Origin: Nemertoderma westbladi
Taxonomy: Eukaryota > Animalia > Xenacoelomorpha
NCBI GenBank assembly: GCA_032718475.1
Contig: JAUCBJ010001007.1
Coordinates: forward strand, 1-64,000
DNA: 64,000 bases
Direction of reading: 5' to 3'
Part shown: piece after piece, positions 48,646-61,871 of the stretch
Layout: the number at the start of each line of letters is the position of its first letter
Position numbering within the stretch: the stretch's first letter is position 1
Notes under the pieces: model-generated
Databases searched by the model: none
The model's input: the letters and a program-made list of their open reading frames with translations, nothing else
What the model was told of the DNA's origin: nothing
Made by a program: the position numbers and the translations under genes

Positions 48646-49808
48646 TGTAAAAGCTTTTGCGGATATACTCAGTCCCCCTCTCCCGCAAGGTACCGTTATA
48701 GGTGTTTTAACGGACATAAAAGTCATTCTTCTATATACGTGCTTTGGCGGACATGGTAAGGCAAAAAACCCGCAATGCACCAAATACCCTTACACAGCTT
48801 AGCCTTGATGATTCAGATTACGACATCTAACAGCTGGTTGCTGACATGGAAACGGCCATTGGACACATGATTCTTTGTTTAGCTTAAGCCAATCAGAGCG
48901 ATTTTTTCTGTCGATGTGGAGATATTCGGCCGATCATACTAGGAGTGTTGAGTCTTACTGTTTTTTCTGGATACTTGTTGTTTCTATCTAGGCCAGGAAC
49001 ACCGGCTCTAGAGTCAATTCGTTTTCATACTTTAGAAGAAACATTAGTAGGCTTAAATTATAGAGCGTATAACTGTTATCTTATCTTATCTCAATTCAGT
49101 CTTACATTATCGGTTCAACATACATTATTATACTGCTATTTACTGTTGTTTGGTTGAATATTATTTGGAGAATATTTATAAAGAACCCAAATTTCCCAAT
49201 TTTCTTGATACGCTACAGGTTAGAGAGACGGGTTATATATAGCGATTGCGACTTATATTATTGTGGTTTGTAGTGAATTTAATGCTATTTGATAAGCACT
49301 ACATGAGTCCGTTGCTGTTCTCTTTATATATGATAAAATTCATTGACGGTCGGCAAATTAGTGAGCAGTATTGTGTGTTACCGGTAGTGTGCCTGATTGT
49401 GACTGATAACTAAGCATTTCCTAAAGAATGCGCCTCATACGTGAATCATAAGCCTTACCGACTTACCGTTGTGATTAGTATAAGTCATATCTCTGTTTAC
49501 CTAGATAGAGCGCCACGTCCTAAAGGAACTGTTAATATTTCCCGAAAGTGAATAATATTAGTCAGAAATTATTTATTAACGATCAATCGAATAATACAGT
49601 AAGCTTACACTGCAATAATAATCTAAGCCCTCAGAATCCAGTCTCCCGGGTATATCCAGCGGGTGAATGGACGCGCACTAGGCTGGCTTCTGCTAATGTT
49701 GTGTTTATTGGTATTAAATATTTGTCAACTTCTAGAGTCTATTTATAAACCAAAACACCTATAAATTTTGGCAGGTTAAACTGCTAAAGGTCTTCAAAAG
49801 CGCGTACA
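48646..49808 (+). repeat. 3' LTR (1163 bp)
   Basis: Direct repeat of 31249-32419. Confidence 0.97.
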
Positions 49809-51349
49809 GGAGTAGAACTTAAAGTGCCAATCTGTCAATCGTATTGAGATGGTAATTTTGCTTAATGTGAAATATTTAGCTATATAGTACATGTGAAAGA
49901 AACAGTAGCAAGTTTGGTATATTGCTGAACCATAGGATATAACATAAAATTATATGAATATACTGCTACATATATTTTCTAGAATCCCGTATCAGAGCAA
50001 TTTCTAAGAAAAGAGAATAATTTTAGGACAAAATGGTATCATACAACATTTATAGAACATTTTTTTTAAATTATACGATTATAATTTACCTAGTTTCCGT
50101 AGCAATATGCGAAAAATAACAATAAACGGAAATAATACCTGAAGCAAATTAATCTGAGTTATACATGATTTATTTGCTGAAGGTTGGCCTTCAGCAAAAT
50201 TGCTTCAGATGGCCTTGTATATCGTATGTATATAGTACGCCTTGTGCCCAAGTCACTGAATTAAGACACAATATTCCAGGAGATGGCCTAGGTACGCACC
50301 AACGAAGTGGAACTGGCATATTTACCAATAATATACAAAAATAGCTATTAAAATAAGTTGTTTCAAAATTATAATAATTACTATTGAAATGAATCATAAA
50401 AAAATGTTCTAGAAGACTTTTATTATAAAATTTTTCAAATATATGAAAAATTATTTTAAAAACGTGTGCCTACTAAATTTAGTAGGTAGAATGCAGCTTT
50501 CATGGTCGTATAATTAGTATGTGATGACTGAACATGTTTTTATCAATATTTTGTCCACATTCCAAATGTTATCGGTTACCATGGCAACAGAGGCAAACTT
50601 GAATGGTCGGAAAGTAATTGTCTGGACTTGGCAACATGCAAGACACTAGATCCAACGGTTCCCCTTAAAAAATTACAGGTATGGTAAGTATCTACTCCTG
50701 TGCCAATTATGGGAAGTTTGTCCAGAACGTCCACATTAACTTGCTAAGCGACCTGACTATAAGTCTTGATACAATAAATAAATAGTTCTGTACCTTTATA
50801 GCTATTTATTTTATATTATTTGTTATTTTTTAAGCACCAAGTGTCCAGTCGTGTGAGGAGTGCAACAAGGTAATAATAATATCCTAATATAATAGCAGCA
50901 ATGTGAAATGTTTAAATTACTAGACTATTGTCGATATCATTGTATATTTATTGTCTTCACTACTTTTATGGAAGTTAATAAAGGTTAACAACGTACCTAG
51001 AATTGGGTTTATTTTTACAAACTATTTGAAGGTGATCTACATTACTACATTTTCATATATATTCCGTTTTTGGAGGTTAGTATACTTTTACTCTTGCTTT
51101 CATCGTTTCCATTTATTATGTTCAAATAAAAAGGAGGAAGAGAGAATAGAAAGAATAATGGCAAACAATCAGTTCACATTGCTCCTCATGTTTAACTTCA
51201 TGAATTCTAATGTACTAATGTATGTAGCTTCACTCTTTCGAAATTCCTAAATACGCACTGCCTCAGGTTCCCTTTGTGTAAATTTGTGATCTTTTGTGTA
51301 GGTATCCCGGAAATTGTGTTCCAGAATATTGAGATAAACTATAGTAAAA

Positions 51350-53041
51350 ATGAAAACGATTAAATTAATTAGATTTGATATGTATATATTTAATGTATTA
51401 TTAGTAGAAATATTTTGTCTAACTAACTCATTGGCAACTTCCAAGTGTAATGATAATGATAACTTGACTATTTTGTCTAATTTATTGAATTGTCTCACCC
51501 AAGACTATGACAATCGTTTTCGTCCAGTAATAAACGAAGAAGATCCTCTGGAGATTTCAGTTACCTTAAGTATTGATTCTGTGGGACCTATCAGTGAGTC
51601 GGATATGAACTTCAGAATAGACTTCTCTTTACGACAGTACTGGACTGACCCGCGCCTTGAATTCGATCAAAATATAACTAAGGGGAAAGAATTGTCACTA
51701 GCTTCATTATTTCTTAAAAAACTGTGGCAATCAGACATCTATTTTCCAGAATCGTTGAAATCTCTCAAGCATGACGTCATGACGCCGAATGTGTTGGTAC
51801 GTATTTCCCCATATGGAGAAGTTCTCACCAGCACAAGAGTTACGGTTATAGCCAAATGTGCCATGTCCTTATCATATTTTCCTTTGGATAGACAGAATTG
51901 CACTTTAACACTGGAAACATTTGGATACATTACGAAAGACCTTATCTTGAAGTGGAAAGATTTGGACAATTTTGGAATCGCGGTTGTACCAGTTCCAAAT
52001 CTCAAACTCTCTCAATTTTCCTTGATGGGCTTCAATTTCACCACAGAACCATTGACAGTGGAATATTCCACTGGAAACTACTCTAGAATTGAAGTTGTGT
52101 TTGTATTCCAAAGAGAAATCACCTATTATTTACTCCGCATATATACTCCTGCGGGCCTCATTGTCGCACTTTCATGGGCGTCATTTTGGGTTAATGCATT
52201 CTCAGTCTCAACACGCGCAGCAATTTCAGTGACCACTGTTCTTTCACTAATAACTCTGGTTGGATCAACGTCTAGCTCAATACCCCCAGTAAGTGAAGTT
52301 AAAGCCATTGATGTTTACATTGCCGTGTGCTTTGCGTACGTTTTCGGAGGACTATTAATATTCAGCGTTGTCCATTATTTCTCGGATAAATCAAAAAAAC
52401 AGCGGGTTTCGGAAACACAACTGGAGATGGAACCTCAGCAGTCAGGAACCATGATGACATCCTATTTTGATAAAAGGTATAAAACAAAAATAAATGGGTC
52501 TTCGCATCGTGTAGAGCACATGATACGGCGGCATGGTAGTCCAAATGAAGATGTAAAGAGTGTTTGCACTAAAACAATTTTAGTAAAAGAGCAACAACAA
52601 TCCGGTGATCAAGACCGCAGAGAAACATGCAACAGTCGTAGTTTGCACGATGTGAGCAGTAGAACATCAACAGCCATGTCACCAGTTGGCCAATCGAGTG
52701 CACAAAGTAGTACAAAATCCGCAGACAATATAATCAAGGAATATTTCAGAAAAGTTGTATTTAATGCAAGGAATATTTTAAAAAGTGTTACAGTAACAAG
52801 AAAGCAACTACATTCCAATGAAGCAGAAAATTTGGGAAATGTTGGAGTCGAAAGGCGTGGACAAATTAAGAAGAAATTAAAACTCAAAATTTTTCATAAG
52901 ATCGATTACTGCAGCCGAATGTTATTTCCTCTATCCTTTTTTATTTTTAATATCTTATATTTTGTGGTATATTGCAAACTGGCTAGTCTCGCCACGTTCG
53001 AGTATACGCATTCTTACCCCTTGTCGGATGAAAATAAATAA
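51350..53041 (+). CDS. Cys-loop ligand-gated ion channel subunit, GABA-A/glycine-receptor-like, paralog of 14182-15792 (likely start at ATG 51380)
   Basis: YDNRFRP; LRQYWTDPRL; Cys loop CAMSLSYFPLDRQNC; LETFGY; YSTGNY; four TM segments; IDYCSRMLFP. Confidence 0.95.
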   Translation: MKTIKLIRFDMYIFNVLLVEIFCLTNSLATSKCNDNDNLTILSNLLNCLTQDYDNRFRPVINEEDPLEISVTLSIDSVGPISESDMNFRIDFSLRQYWTDPRLEFDQNITKGKELSLASLFLKKLWQSDIYFPESLKSLKHDVMTPNVLVRISPYGEVLTSTRVTVIAKCAMSLSYFPLDRQNCTLTLETFGYITKDLILKWKDLDNFGIAVVPVPNLKLSQFSLMGFNFTTEPLTVEYSTGNYSRIEVVFVFQREITYYLLRIYTPAGLIVALSWASFWVNAFSVSTRAAISVTTVLSLITLVGSTSSSIPPVSEVKAIDVYIAVCFAYVFGGLLIFSVVHYFSDKSKKQRVSETQLEMEPQQSGTMMTSYFDKRYKTKINGSSHRVEHMIRRHGSPNEDVKSVCTKTILVKEQQQSGDQDRRETCNSRSLHDVSSRTSTAMSPVGQSSAQSSTKSADNIIKEYFRKVVFNARNILKSVTVTRKQLHSNEAENLGNVGVERRGQIKKKLKLKIFHKIDYCSRMLFPLSFFIFNILYFVVYCKLASLATFEYTHSYPLSDENK

Positions 53042-53538
53042 GTTCTATGTTTTAGAGATTTGACTATTCTAGTCATAATAATTAATTTAGATACTAATAT
53101 TTTAATAAACCAAATTCATTGCATATCGTTTCCATTATTGAATATTATTGTAAATGAACACATTCATTTGATCGAAATAGTTTTGGCTTTGATTGCAATA
53201 ATAATTTTATCAATTAAATTAATTTGTTTCAACAAGTGATGGTGGCGGTTTCGTCAAATGAAATGCAAAGTAACCATGTATGTATGTACACAATGTAAAA
53301 TAAAACCCATTTAGGGTCAAACACCTTAACATATTGTTAAGTTCAGACAATAAGTCCAGATCAATTAGGTCTGTCTGTTGCCATGGCAACTGAAACAATT
53401 GGTAATCTCAATCTGTAATAAAAGTAGAAAAAATCAGATGGCCGAAAACACAAAAAAGTGGCCAACAAAGGTGTGTAATTTGACTTAATTTGACTTTCTC
53501 AAACTATATAAAAATATATATTCTATTATATACTCGTC

Positions 53539-56022
53539 TTGAAGGTCTCTCGTTTCCTGAGTGGTAGCGCCAGGCCCATTGGTGGTGACGCTGAACTGTG
53601 GAGTGCGCTCCTCACCCGCTACGAGGCGCACAGCTCCCGCCTCTGCGAGGCCGTCACCGGCTTGGCTCGACGCCTCGCCAACTTGGTGGTCCTGTGGGGG
53701 GAGATCCGGGCGCTCCGAGCGTGCCGCCTCGTCGCTTTAGACAAGGAACCCAGCATCCGGCCGATTGGGATTGGGGAAGTCCTCTACTGGCTCACCACTA
53801 ACTGCCTCACCTCGGCCACTAAAATTGACTTTATAACAGAGTGTGTGGCAGACCAACTCTGTGCGGGAGTAAAGGCTGGTATTGAAGGCGCAGTCCACGC
53901 GATGTCGGCGATGTTCGAGCAGAACTCAACAGAATGTATGCTCCTCGTCGACGCTGCCAACGCCTTCAACAGCCTGAGTCGCCCTGTCGCCCCGTGGAAA
54001 CCGCGTTCACTGGCACTGGTGCTCCCGGTACCTGTACAACGCGCATAACGGCCATGCAGCCCTCTACCTACAGGGGTCTAGCAAACCACTGTGGAGTAGG
54101 GAGGGATATACACAGGGCGACCCGGCGGCCATGCTGGGCTACGGCTGTTGGAATCTCCCCATGATCCGCTCACTTAGGGAAGTCGGCAATACCCCTCCGA
54201 CGCACCTTAGCGATCTGCCACCCTGCAACCCGCCACCCGCGGTTCCGACCACCCGGCATCCCGCCACCCGGCGTTCTGACACAAGGCGTCCTGCCACCCG
54301 GCAACCCCACCCCACCACCCGGCGACCCGTCACTCAGGGACCCGCCACCCTGCGACCCACCACCCTGCGACCCGCCACCCAGAAACCCGTCACCCAGAGA
54401 CCCGCCACCCCAAGACCCGCCACCCAGCGATCCGGCACCCGGAAGTACCACCTGCTGGCAAAAGCAGTGCTGGTACGCGGATGACGCCTCATCAGCAGGG
54501 TCCGTCGCCGGAGTGTGGGAATGGAGGGAGGAGCTGTGCCACCGTGGACCCCGAGTTGGCTACAAACCCGAGTCCACGAAGAGCTACCTGGTTGTGAAAC
54601 CAGAGTTTGAGAGGAGGGCGACGGAGGTGTTCGGGGATTACGGAGTCCGGATCGTATCCAGCCACCGTTTCCTCGGTGGTTACATGGGGGACTCCCGGGG
54701 ACTGCGGGAGTTCATAGCGGAGAAGGTGGTGGGGTGGGTTACAAGTATCGCTCAGCTCTCCGAGGTGGCTGCGGAGTACCGACAGACTGCCCATACCGGT
54801 ATGTCCCACTGCGTCCAGCGGAGTGGGACTACGTGCTTCGGGTGGTGGAGACTAGGGATGATGATCTGGCGCCGATCCGCACTGAACTGTTGCGTCGCTT
54901 CATCCCGGCCCTCTTTGGGACTTCCCCCGGAACTGTGAACGAGGAGCTGGTCCTCCTCCCTGGTTGCTGACCACTCCGCCTGTCTCGCCTCCGCATTGGC
55001 TACTAGTCGCGTCGCCCAGGACGCTGCCTATAAGGCAGCGATGGAGTCCGCCGTCCAATCCGTCCCCTCCGAAAGGCGCCGTACTGTGGACCGTACGGTG
55101 TCCCACAAGGTGGGTGGGTGGCTGTCGGCGCAGCCCTCCGTGGTGGATAACACCGACCTGGCCCCGGAGGTGTTCCGCGACAACCTCGCACTGAGGTACG
55201 GCCTCACGCCGCCTGGCCTCCCGGTGAAGTGTGAGGGGTGTGGGGAGCCGTTTTCGATAACCCACGCCCTGAACTGTAAGTCGGGTGGCCTGATCATAAA
55301 GTGGCACGATGAGGTCCGTGAGGTCTTTGGGGACCTCATCGCTTCTGCCTTTGGTGGTTCATGTGTACAGCCTGAAGTCACGCTGTGCACCGGCTACCTG
55401 GACAGAAGGGGCCGCGAGGTGGGGGGAGTTAGGGCTGATCTCCTGGCGAGGGGAGTCTGGACTGAGCAGAGGGTGGCGTCGTTCGATATCGCGATTGTAA
55501 ACGCTGACGCCCCCTCATATGCTCACCGGTCCTTAGACTCTGTCCTCGAGCAGAGAGTCCGAGCCAAGAACGTGCACTACAGCGCAGTGTGCAAAGACAG
55601 AAGGTTCTCCTTCGCTCCCCTTGTCGGAACCACCGACGGGGTCTGGTGCAAGGAGACTGATATCTTCATCAGCCACCTCGCTGAGACCCTTGTGGCTCGG
55701 CAGCAGGGGATGCGGGAACGTGGCCTAGCCTGCGTTCTCGGGGGAGTTCGGAGGCGGCTTCAGTTCGCGCTCCTCCGCTCTAACTCCCTCTGTCTGCGTG
55801 GTGGCCGGCGTCCCTGGAGGGTGCTGGGCTTTGGAGATGGTGCGGGTCTGCGGGGGAATGACCCCGTAGACCGGTATTAATCCACGGTGCACCATTTTTA
55901 ATTGTATGTTTAATTGGTTTGTCTTAATTGTATTGTTCTGATTGGTGGTGGGATGTTGGGTTGGTGCAGCTATATATTTAATTGTATATACAATTTTAAT
56001 CTCTTAATTAATAAATAATAAT
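53539..56022 (+). mobile_element. 5'-truncated, frameshifted CRE-clade non-LTR retrotransposon (RT + zinc finger + restriction-like endonuclease)
   Basis: IRPIGIGEV, LLVDAANAFNSL, QGDP, WYADD (~54472-54486); CEGC...HALNC...HDEVR...RADLL; AATAAATAATAAT tail; candidate TSD TATAAAAATATATATTC at 53507-53523 and 56035-56051. Confidence 0.85.
54215..54440. repeat. 15-bp GC-rich tandem repeat (CCCGCCACCCAGCGA-like) inside the CRE RT
   Basis: About 14 degenerate units encoding (RPATQ)-like repeats. Confidence 0.9.
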
Positions 56023-56110
56023 GAATCCATTAACTATAAAAATATATATTCAGTAGAAAGATCTTAATTTGCAGTATGCAATGGTGATAAATTCCAAGCA
56101 TGAGGACCCT

Positions 56111-57200
56111 TTAACCCTATTATACCCGGGGGGGGGGGGGGGGGGAGTGAATATGACACGCCGTGGTTTTTTAGATATAACACTGAAGCAAACACAATGG
56201 GGAATCTGAAATTTTATGACTTTTCTTAAAAATCTATTGTCTTCTTAATAGTGGAAACGGTTTTCAAAAATATTGGGAAGTTTTCAAGTTATAGCACCAT
56301 TTTTTAACCCTACTTTTGGCACTTTTTTGAAGCGTTTTTGAAAATTACATTTTATGAAATATGATTTGTAACATCTCTATTAATGATTTACACCGATTTC
56401 TTGGTGTTTACAATTAGATGGAGTTCATCTAAATGATTTTAGATAAAAGATATTTCAAACTTGTTTTTTCGGCGGGTGCCAATTTTGGTGCCAGCACCAA
56501 ATTTTGAAATATGTCAATTTTGTAAATTGATTGTTTGAACATGTTTTTGAGCAATAGTAGTTTTTGAGGTTCTGGTTCCTATGGAAATTTGAATATCCAT
56601 TCAATTGTTCAATTGCTTGTGGCAACTTATTTCTCTCGTTTTAGCGGTTTATGGCGGTTCTGAATTCAATAGAATAAATAATTATCTAACAAGACATCTT
56701 AAGCTTGTATTTTTTTTCGGGGAGTGGGTGCAAAATTTGGTGCATCCATCAAATATATAAATTGATTGCGTCACCGTGATTGCACATCGATTGGTTTCTT
56801 GCGTTATACGGGTTTATGAGGGTCCTGAATCCGATAGAATCAATAAAAACAGCACAGGACATCTCAAACTTGCAGCTTTTGTTGATGGGTTCGAAATTTG
56901 GTGCTAGCACTAAAATTTGCCAAATTTCGCCGACAAATACGAGTAGCAATGATCTGGCATATTAGAAATGTATTCCATTAGAATCAGCGCCCCAGACAAC
57001 CAAAAAATGTGAATTTACAGCATCGTATAAGTGAATAAATAATTTTCTTTTCAAACCGAAAAGAGCTGGTTACTTGTTTTTTTCATTTTTTGCCTATTTA
57101 GAGGACTAAAACAGCCATTTTTTACTAATCAGATTATTTTTAAATCGGGGGATCGGTGAGATTTACACATTTCTGAAATGTACAAATGGAATTATTATAA
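56111..57200. mobile_element. Non-autonomous DNA element fragment, possibly piggyBac-like
   Basis: TTAA|CCCT left end followed by a G-run; internal block shared with 12120-12470; matching right end not found. Confidence 0.45.
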
Positions 57201-57329
57201 TATTAACATAATATTTAACAAGTAATCACTTGTCACTATTATCTATTATCTGTATCTATATCTATATGTATATATATCTATATCTATATGTATATATATC
57301 TATATCTAACTATTATCTGAATTGTCACA

Positions 57330-59585
57330 TGCTGCTTCTAATAAGCAGAGTTTATGAATAGGTCTTAGATATATCCCGGTTGAGGTCTTGATATTCACAG
57401 ATCTGACGATGATTCTGTATCAGGGAATGTTTCGATGACGACTCCCGTTTGCCATTTATGGTGAGGGTGGTCGTCATCGTGAACGAGGATCACATACCAT
57501 ACGACGTAAATTTCTTGCTAATTTCGTCCATTTAGAACGAACTGGTAACGATGTCAGATACAGAATCTATTAGATAGTACCTGCACCGGCTTCCAGGTCT
57601 TACGACTATATATATCAGAATCATTTATGTCACCAATTGGGACATCAATTGCCCGATCCTGAAGCATAAGGCAACGTGGTGTTATCACCATCTCCCCAGA
57701 GGCATCATCGGAGACAACACAGATTGGTCTACCATTGATGATTGATTCAACCTCAGTCAAAGTGGTGACAAGAACGTCATCTCAAACTAAAGCTAGGCTT
57801 AAAATATTAAAGAGAACAGATTTACAGGACTGAACAAGGCGTTCATACACGCCCCCTTGTGAGGAGCAGCCAGCAGGGGTATTGAATTTCCATTCAACCC
57901 CTCTGGTTTTAAGGTCATTTTTTATTTGGTCGTGATTGTCTTCAATACTTTGTTGGAGTTCATTATTAGCTCCAACAAAGTTAGAGCCATTATCAGACAA
58001 TATTTGTAATGGCGTGCCTCTACGTGAGATGATCCAACCATAAGCTCCACTTGTTTGAGATTGTCTCTGGTACAGGATCATCCCACGCTAGCTTGGCTTG
58101 CCACATTTCACTGATGACGAGGCGACCCTGGAGAATGATAAGTGATATCCAACCAAGCGGGTGATAAATGGTTGCAATATTGGAAACTGCAATACGCTTT
58201 GTAAAAAATTAGACATCTTTATGATTGAATTTGAACATGAAGGAATCAGAAGTGGTATCCCAATGAATACCAAGAACTCTTGAGACATCAAGGTTGTCAA
58301 AATCTAAGTCGACCTTGGTTGGTTCGCGTTCGGATTCAGGAAAATTATTAATGAACTCACGTGAATTTGATGCGAATTTGATTAAATGAAATCCACCCTT
58401 GGACAAGCATTCTATAAGTCCATTAGCTGTTCCAAGAGCCTCTTTAACGTTGAATGAATAATGGAGGCAATCATCGACATAGAAGCTAAAGGTAATGGCA
58501 AGGTGAATAAGTTGACTAAACATATGTTTATGATCCTCCCCGCACCTGCATAAGGTATTTGAAGCAACCGTACTAGTACCAACGGCTCCAAAGATATGTG
58601 ACAACATGGAGTATACTTGAATGGTATCTGAATTGTTGGGCTTCCAAAGAAATCGTAAGCTATCGGAATCAGAAGGTGGAACTTTGACTGTGTGATACAT
58701 ATATACTCTCAATATCAGATGTAAATGCAACAGAGCCAAAACGGAATCGTAACAGTACACCTATTAATGGTTTGATTAGATTTGGTCCTTCAGTTAGATT
58801 GTCTTTGAGACACATGCCTTTATAAGAAGCAGCACAATTATTGACAATTCTAATATTGTTAGGTTTGTTTACATTTTGAACAAAATGATGTGGTAAGTAA
58901 TATGTCTGAGCACTTTCAGATGCTGCTTCTTCAGGGGATAAAAGACGCACGTAACCCCATTTGATATATGTGACTATGTTTTCCTGATATAAAGCGTAGA
59001 TATCTGAACGATCTTTTAGACGATGAAGAAAGTACTAAAGATGTTTCATTGCCAAAGGCTTGTTGTTTATTAAAGTAGGTGGTGGATTTTTCCACATCAT
59101 TCCTGCTTCATATCGACCCTCTATCTATTTTGTTGTTTTTTGTAGCATTTCGAATGCGGCGCTGCTATCATGAGATGGAACATTCTCCTCATCTCCCGGA
59201 TGTGAATGCAAGCAATTTTTAATATCTGAAAGCCCGATGGAGAGCTCTAAGTTTAGTAATTGCTGAAAACATTGATTTATTTCGGAAGTTTCGAGAATAT
59301 CTATGCGATTAACAGATTCTACATAGGAAGATTCCTGATAAATCGACAGCTTGCAAATCTATAGGGCCAATAAGGGATCAACCAAATGGTGTCCTTACGG
59401 CAGACGGTTGGTTGCTTGGATCTGGAGCCATAATGTACTGCATATTGTGCTTGCGGGTGGTTTATTCCTAGTAATGCTGAGACCATGGGGATGTCAACAA
59501 TTGGAGTGGTGAGAAGGTCACTAGATATGTTCCAAAGATGACTATATTCCTTAATTGCTACTTGTTTAATATCTTGTGTATAAGC
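57330..59585 (-). mobile_element. Degenerate BEL/Pao pol fragment no. 3 (RT and integrase; RNase H region deleted)
   Basis: YYLPHH...GPNL...LLRFR...FTSDIE; FYVDD; SDNGSNFVGA, GGVYERLV, ESIINGRP; multiple frameshifts. Confidence 0.88.
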
Positions 59586-59663
59586 CTGTTGGAATTCAGA
59601 AATGCCGATTGATTCCGATTCGGATCCGGATCCGGATTGAAATGCCGATTCGGTTATATCCGG

Positions 59664-61083
59664 TTATACCACTTCCACCTCTAACAGTCCCCTTATACCA
59701 CTTCCACGTCCAATAGTCCCCCTTATACCACTTCCACCTCTAACAGTCCCCTTATATCACTTCCACGTCCAATAGTCCCCCTTATACCACTCCCACCTCT
59801 AACAGTCCCCTTATACCACTTCCACGTCCAATAGTCCCCCTTATACCACTCCCACCTCTAACAGTCCCCTTATACCACTTCCACGTCCAATAGTACCCCT
59901 TATACCACTTCCACGTCCAATAGTCCCCCTTATACCACTTCCACCTCTAACAGTCCCCATATACCACTTCCACGTCCAATAGTCCCCCTTATACCACTTC
60001 CATGTCCAATAGTCCCCCTTATACCACTTCCACCTCTAACAGTCCCCTTATACCACTTCCACGTCCAATAGTCCCCCTTATACCACTTCCACGTCCAATA
60101 GTCCCCCTTATACCACTTCCACCTTTAACAGTCCCCTTATACCACTTCCACATCCAATAGTCCCCCCTTATACCACTTCAAACAGTCCCCCTTATGCCAC
60201 TTCCACGTCCAATAGTCCCCCCTATACCACTTCTAAAAGTCCCCTTATACCACTTCCACGTCCAATAGTCCCACTTTATACCACTTCCACATCCAACATT
60301 CCCTATTATAGCACTTAAACCTCCAATAATCCCCCTAATACCACTTGCACCTCCAACAGTCCCCCTTATACCACTTCCACGTCCAACAGTCCACCTTATA
60401 GCACTTCAACCACCAATAGCCCCCCCCCCCCCCCCCCTTATTCCACTTCCTTGTCTAACAGTCCCCCTTATACCACTTCCACGTCCAATAGTCCCCCTTT
60501 ATACCACTTCCACATCCAACATTCCCTATTATAGCACTTAAACCTCCAATAATCCCCCTAATACCACTTGCACCTCCAACAGTCCCCCTTATACCACTTC
60601 CACGTCCAACAGTCCACCTTATAGCACTTCAACCACCAATAGCCCCCCCCCCCCCTTATTCCACTTCCTTGTCTAACAGTCCCCCTTATACCACTTCCAC
60701 GTCCAATAGTCCCCCTTTATACCACTTCCACATCCAACATTCCCTATTATAGCACTTAAACCTCCAATAATCCCCCTAATACCACTTGCACCTCCAACAG
60801 TCCCCCTTATACCACTTCCACGTCCAACAGTCCACCTTATAGCACTTCAACCACCAATAGCCCCCCCCCCCCCCCCCCTTATTCCACTTCCTTGTCTAAC
60901 AGTCCCCCTTATACCACTTCCACCTCGAACAGTCCCCCTTATACCCCTTCCACGTCCAACAATGCCCCTCATACCACTTTCACGTCCAACAGTACCCCTT
61001 ATACCACTTCCACGTCCACCGATGGCCCTTATACCACTTCCACCTCCAACATTTCACCTTATACCACTTCCTCCTCCAACAGT
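59664..61083. repeat. 29-31-bp minisatellite (same family as 22915-24532) with a ~210-bp higher-order repeat at ~60260-60900
   Basis: TTATACCACTTCCACGTCCAATAGTCCCCC units; three copies of a multi-unit block each ending in a poly-C run. Confidence 0.96.
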
Positions 61084-61099
61084 TACTTTACGTCTACAC

Positions 61100-61871
61100 A
61101 TAGCAGCTACAATTTTTAGAATTAGAATCGGTAATAAATAACTCCGCAAGAAATTCGTTCCGGCGAGCCATCAACAACAGCAACACAAGCGAGGGCTACA
61201 CACGGAGTATCCAGAAAATCAAGGACGTCTTACTACAGAACGAGTTTCCAGCGAGAGTCATTAAAAAACTGTTAGTATCAGTTGAGAAACCACGGCGCAA
61301 ATCACAACGACCTAAAGCTACACAAGTTCAGAAGCTCCCAATCAGGCTTCCATACATTAACGAAACGATAACTCGAGAAATTAGCAAAGTCATCAATGGA
61401 AGCACATTGAAAGAAATCACCCACGCAGCTTACACACCAGGCACAAAACTCAAACAGAAATTAATAAGATCAGCCCTTCACCCACCCAAATGCCCAGCAC
61501 CGCCACATGCCCCCTGTTACACGTGCAGCATCAACATACCAAACTGTACAATCCGAAACGTCGTCTATGAGTTAGAGTGTCCCCTTTGCCAATCCAGATA
61601 CGTGGGCGAGACGTACCACCAACTAAGAATAAGACTCCGGCAACACTACAACAGCTTCAGGAGGGAAGTCGATGATAGCATAATTCTAGAACACTACCGC
61701 ATGTTCCACCCAGAAATCGACCACAAGAACGTAAAACAACCACTATTAGGCAAAGTGCTTCGAAAGTGCAGAGATTGGGCAAACCGCAAAATAACTGAAA
61801 AACTAATAATAAAAACAACAACACCCAGCATCAACACACATCACATCAACAACTTTGACACTGGATGGTAG
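61100..61871 (+). mobile_element. Penelope-like element 3' part with GIY-YIG endonuclease
   Basis: LLQNEFP, IRLPYI linker, CYTC...C, NVVYELECPLCQSRYVGET...RLRQH. Confidence 0.85.

Larger units (their letters stand above)
31249..49808 (+). mobile_element. Full-length BEL/Pao LTR retrotransposon no. 1 (18,560 bp) with an extra ORF3
   Basis: TG...CA LTRs at both ends; TSD GGAGT at 31244-31248 and 49809-49813; Gag-PR-RT-RH-IN order with BEL/Pao signature motifs. Confidence 0.97.

Noticed and set aside
57240-57320. (TA)/(TATC) microsatellite, plus poly-C at 31064-31088
   Set aside because: Ordinary low-complexity tracts
24528-59668. One giant insertion splitting a single satellite array with a TTATA TSD
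   Set aside because: Right junction has no LTR or CA end and TTATA is part of every satellite unit; cannot be supported
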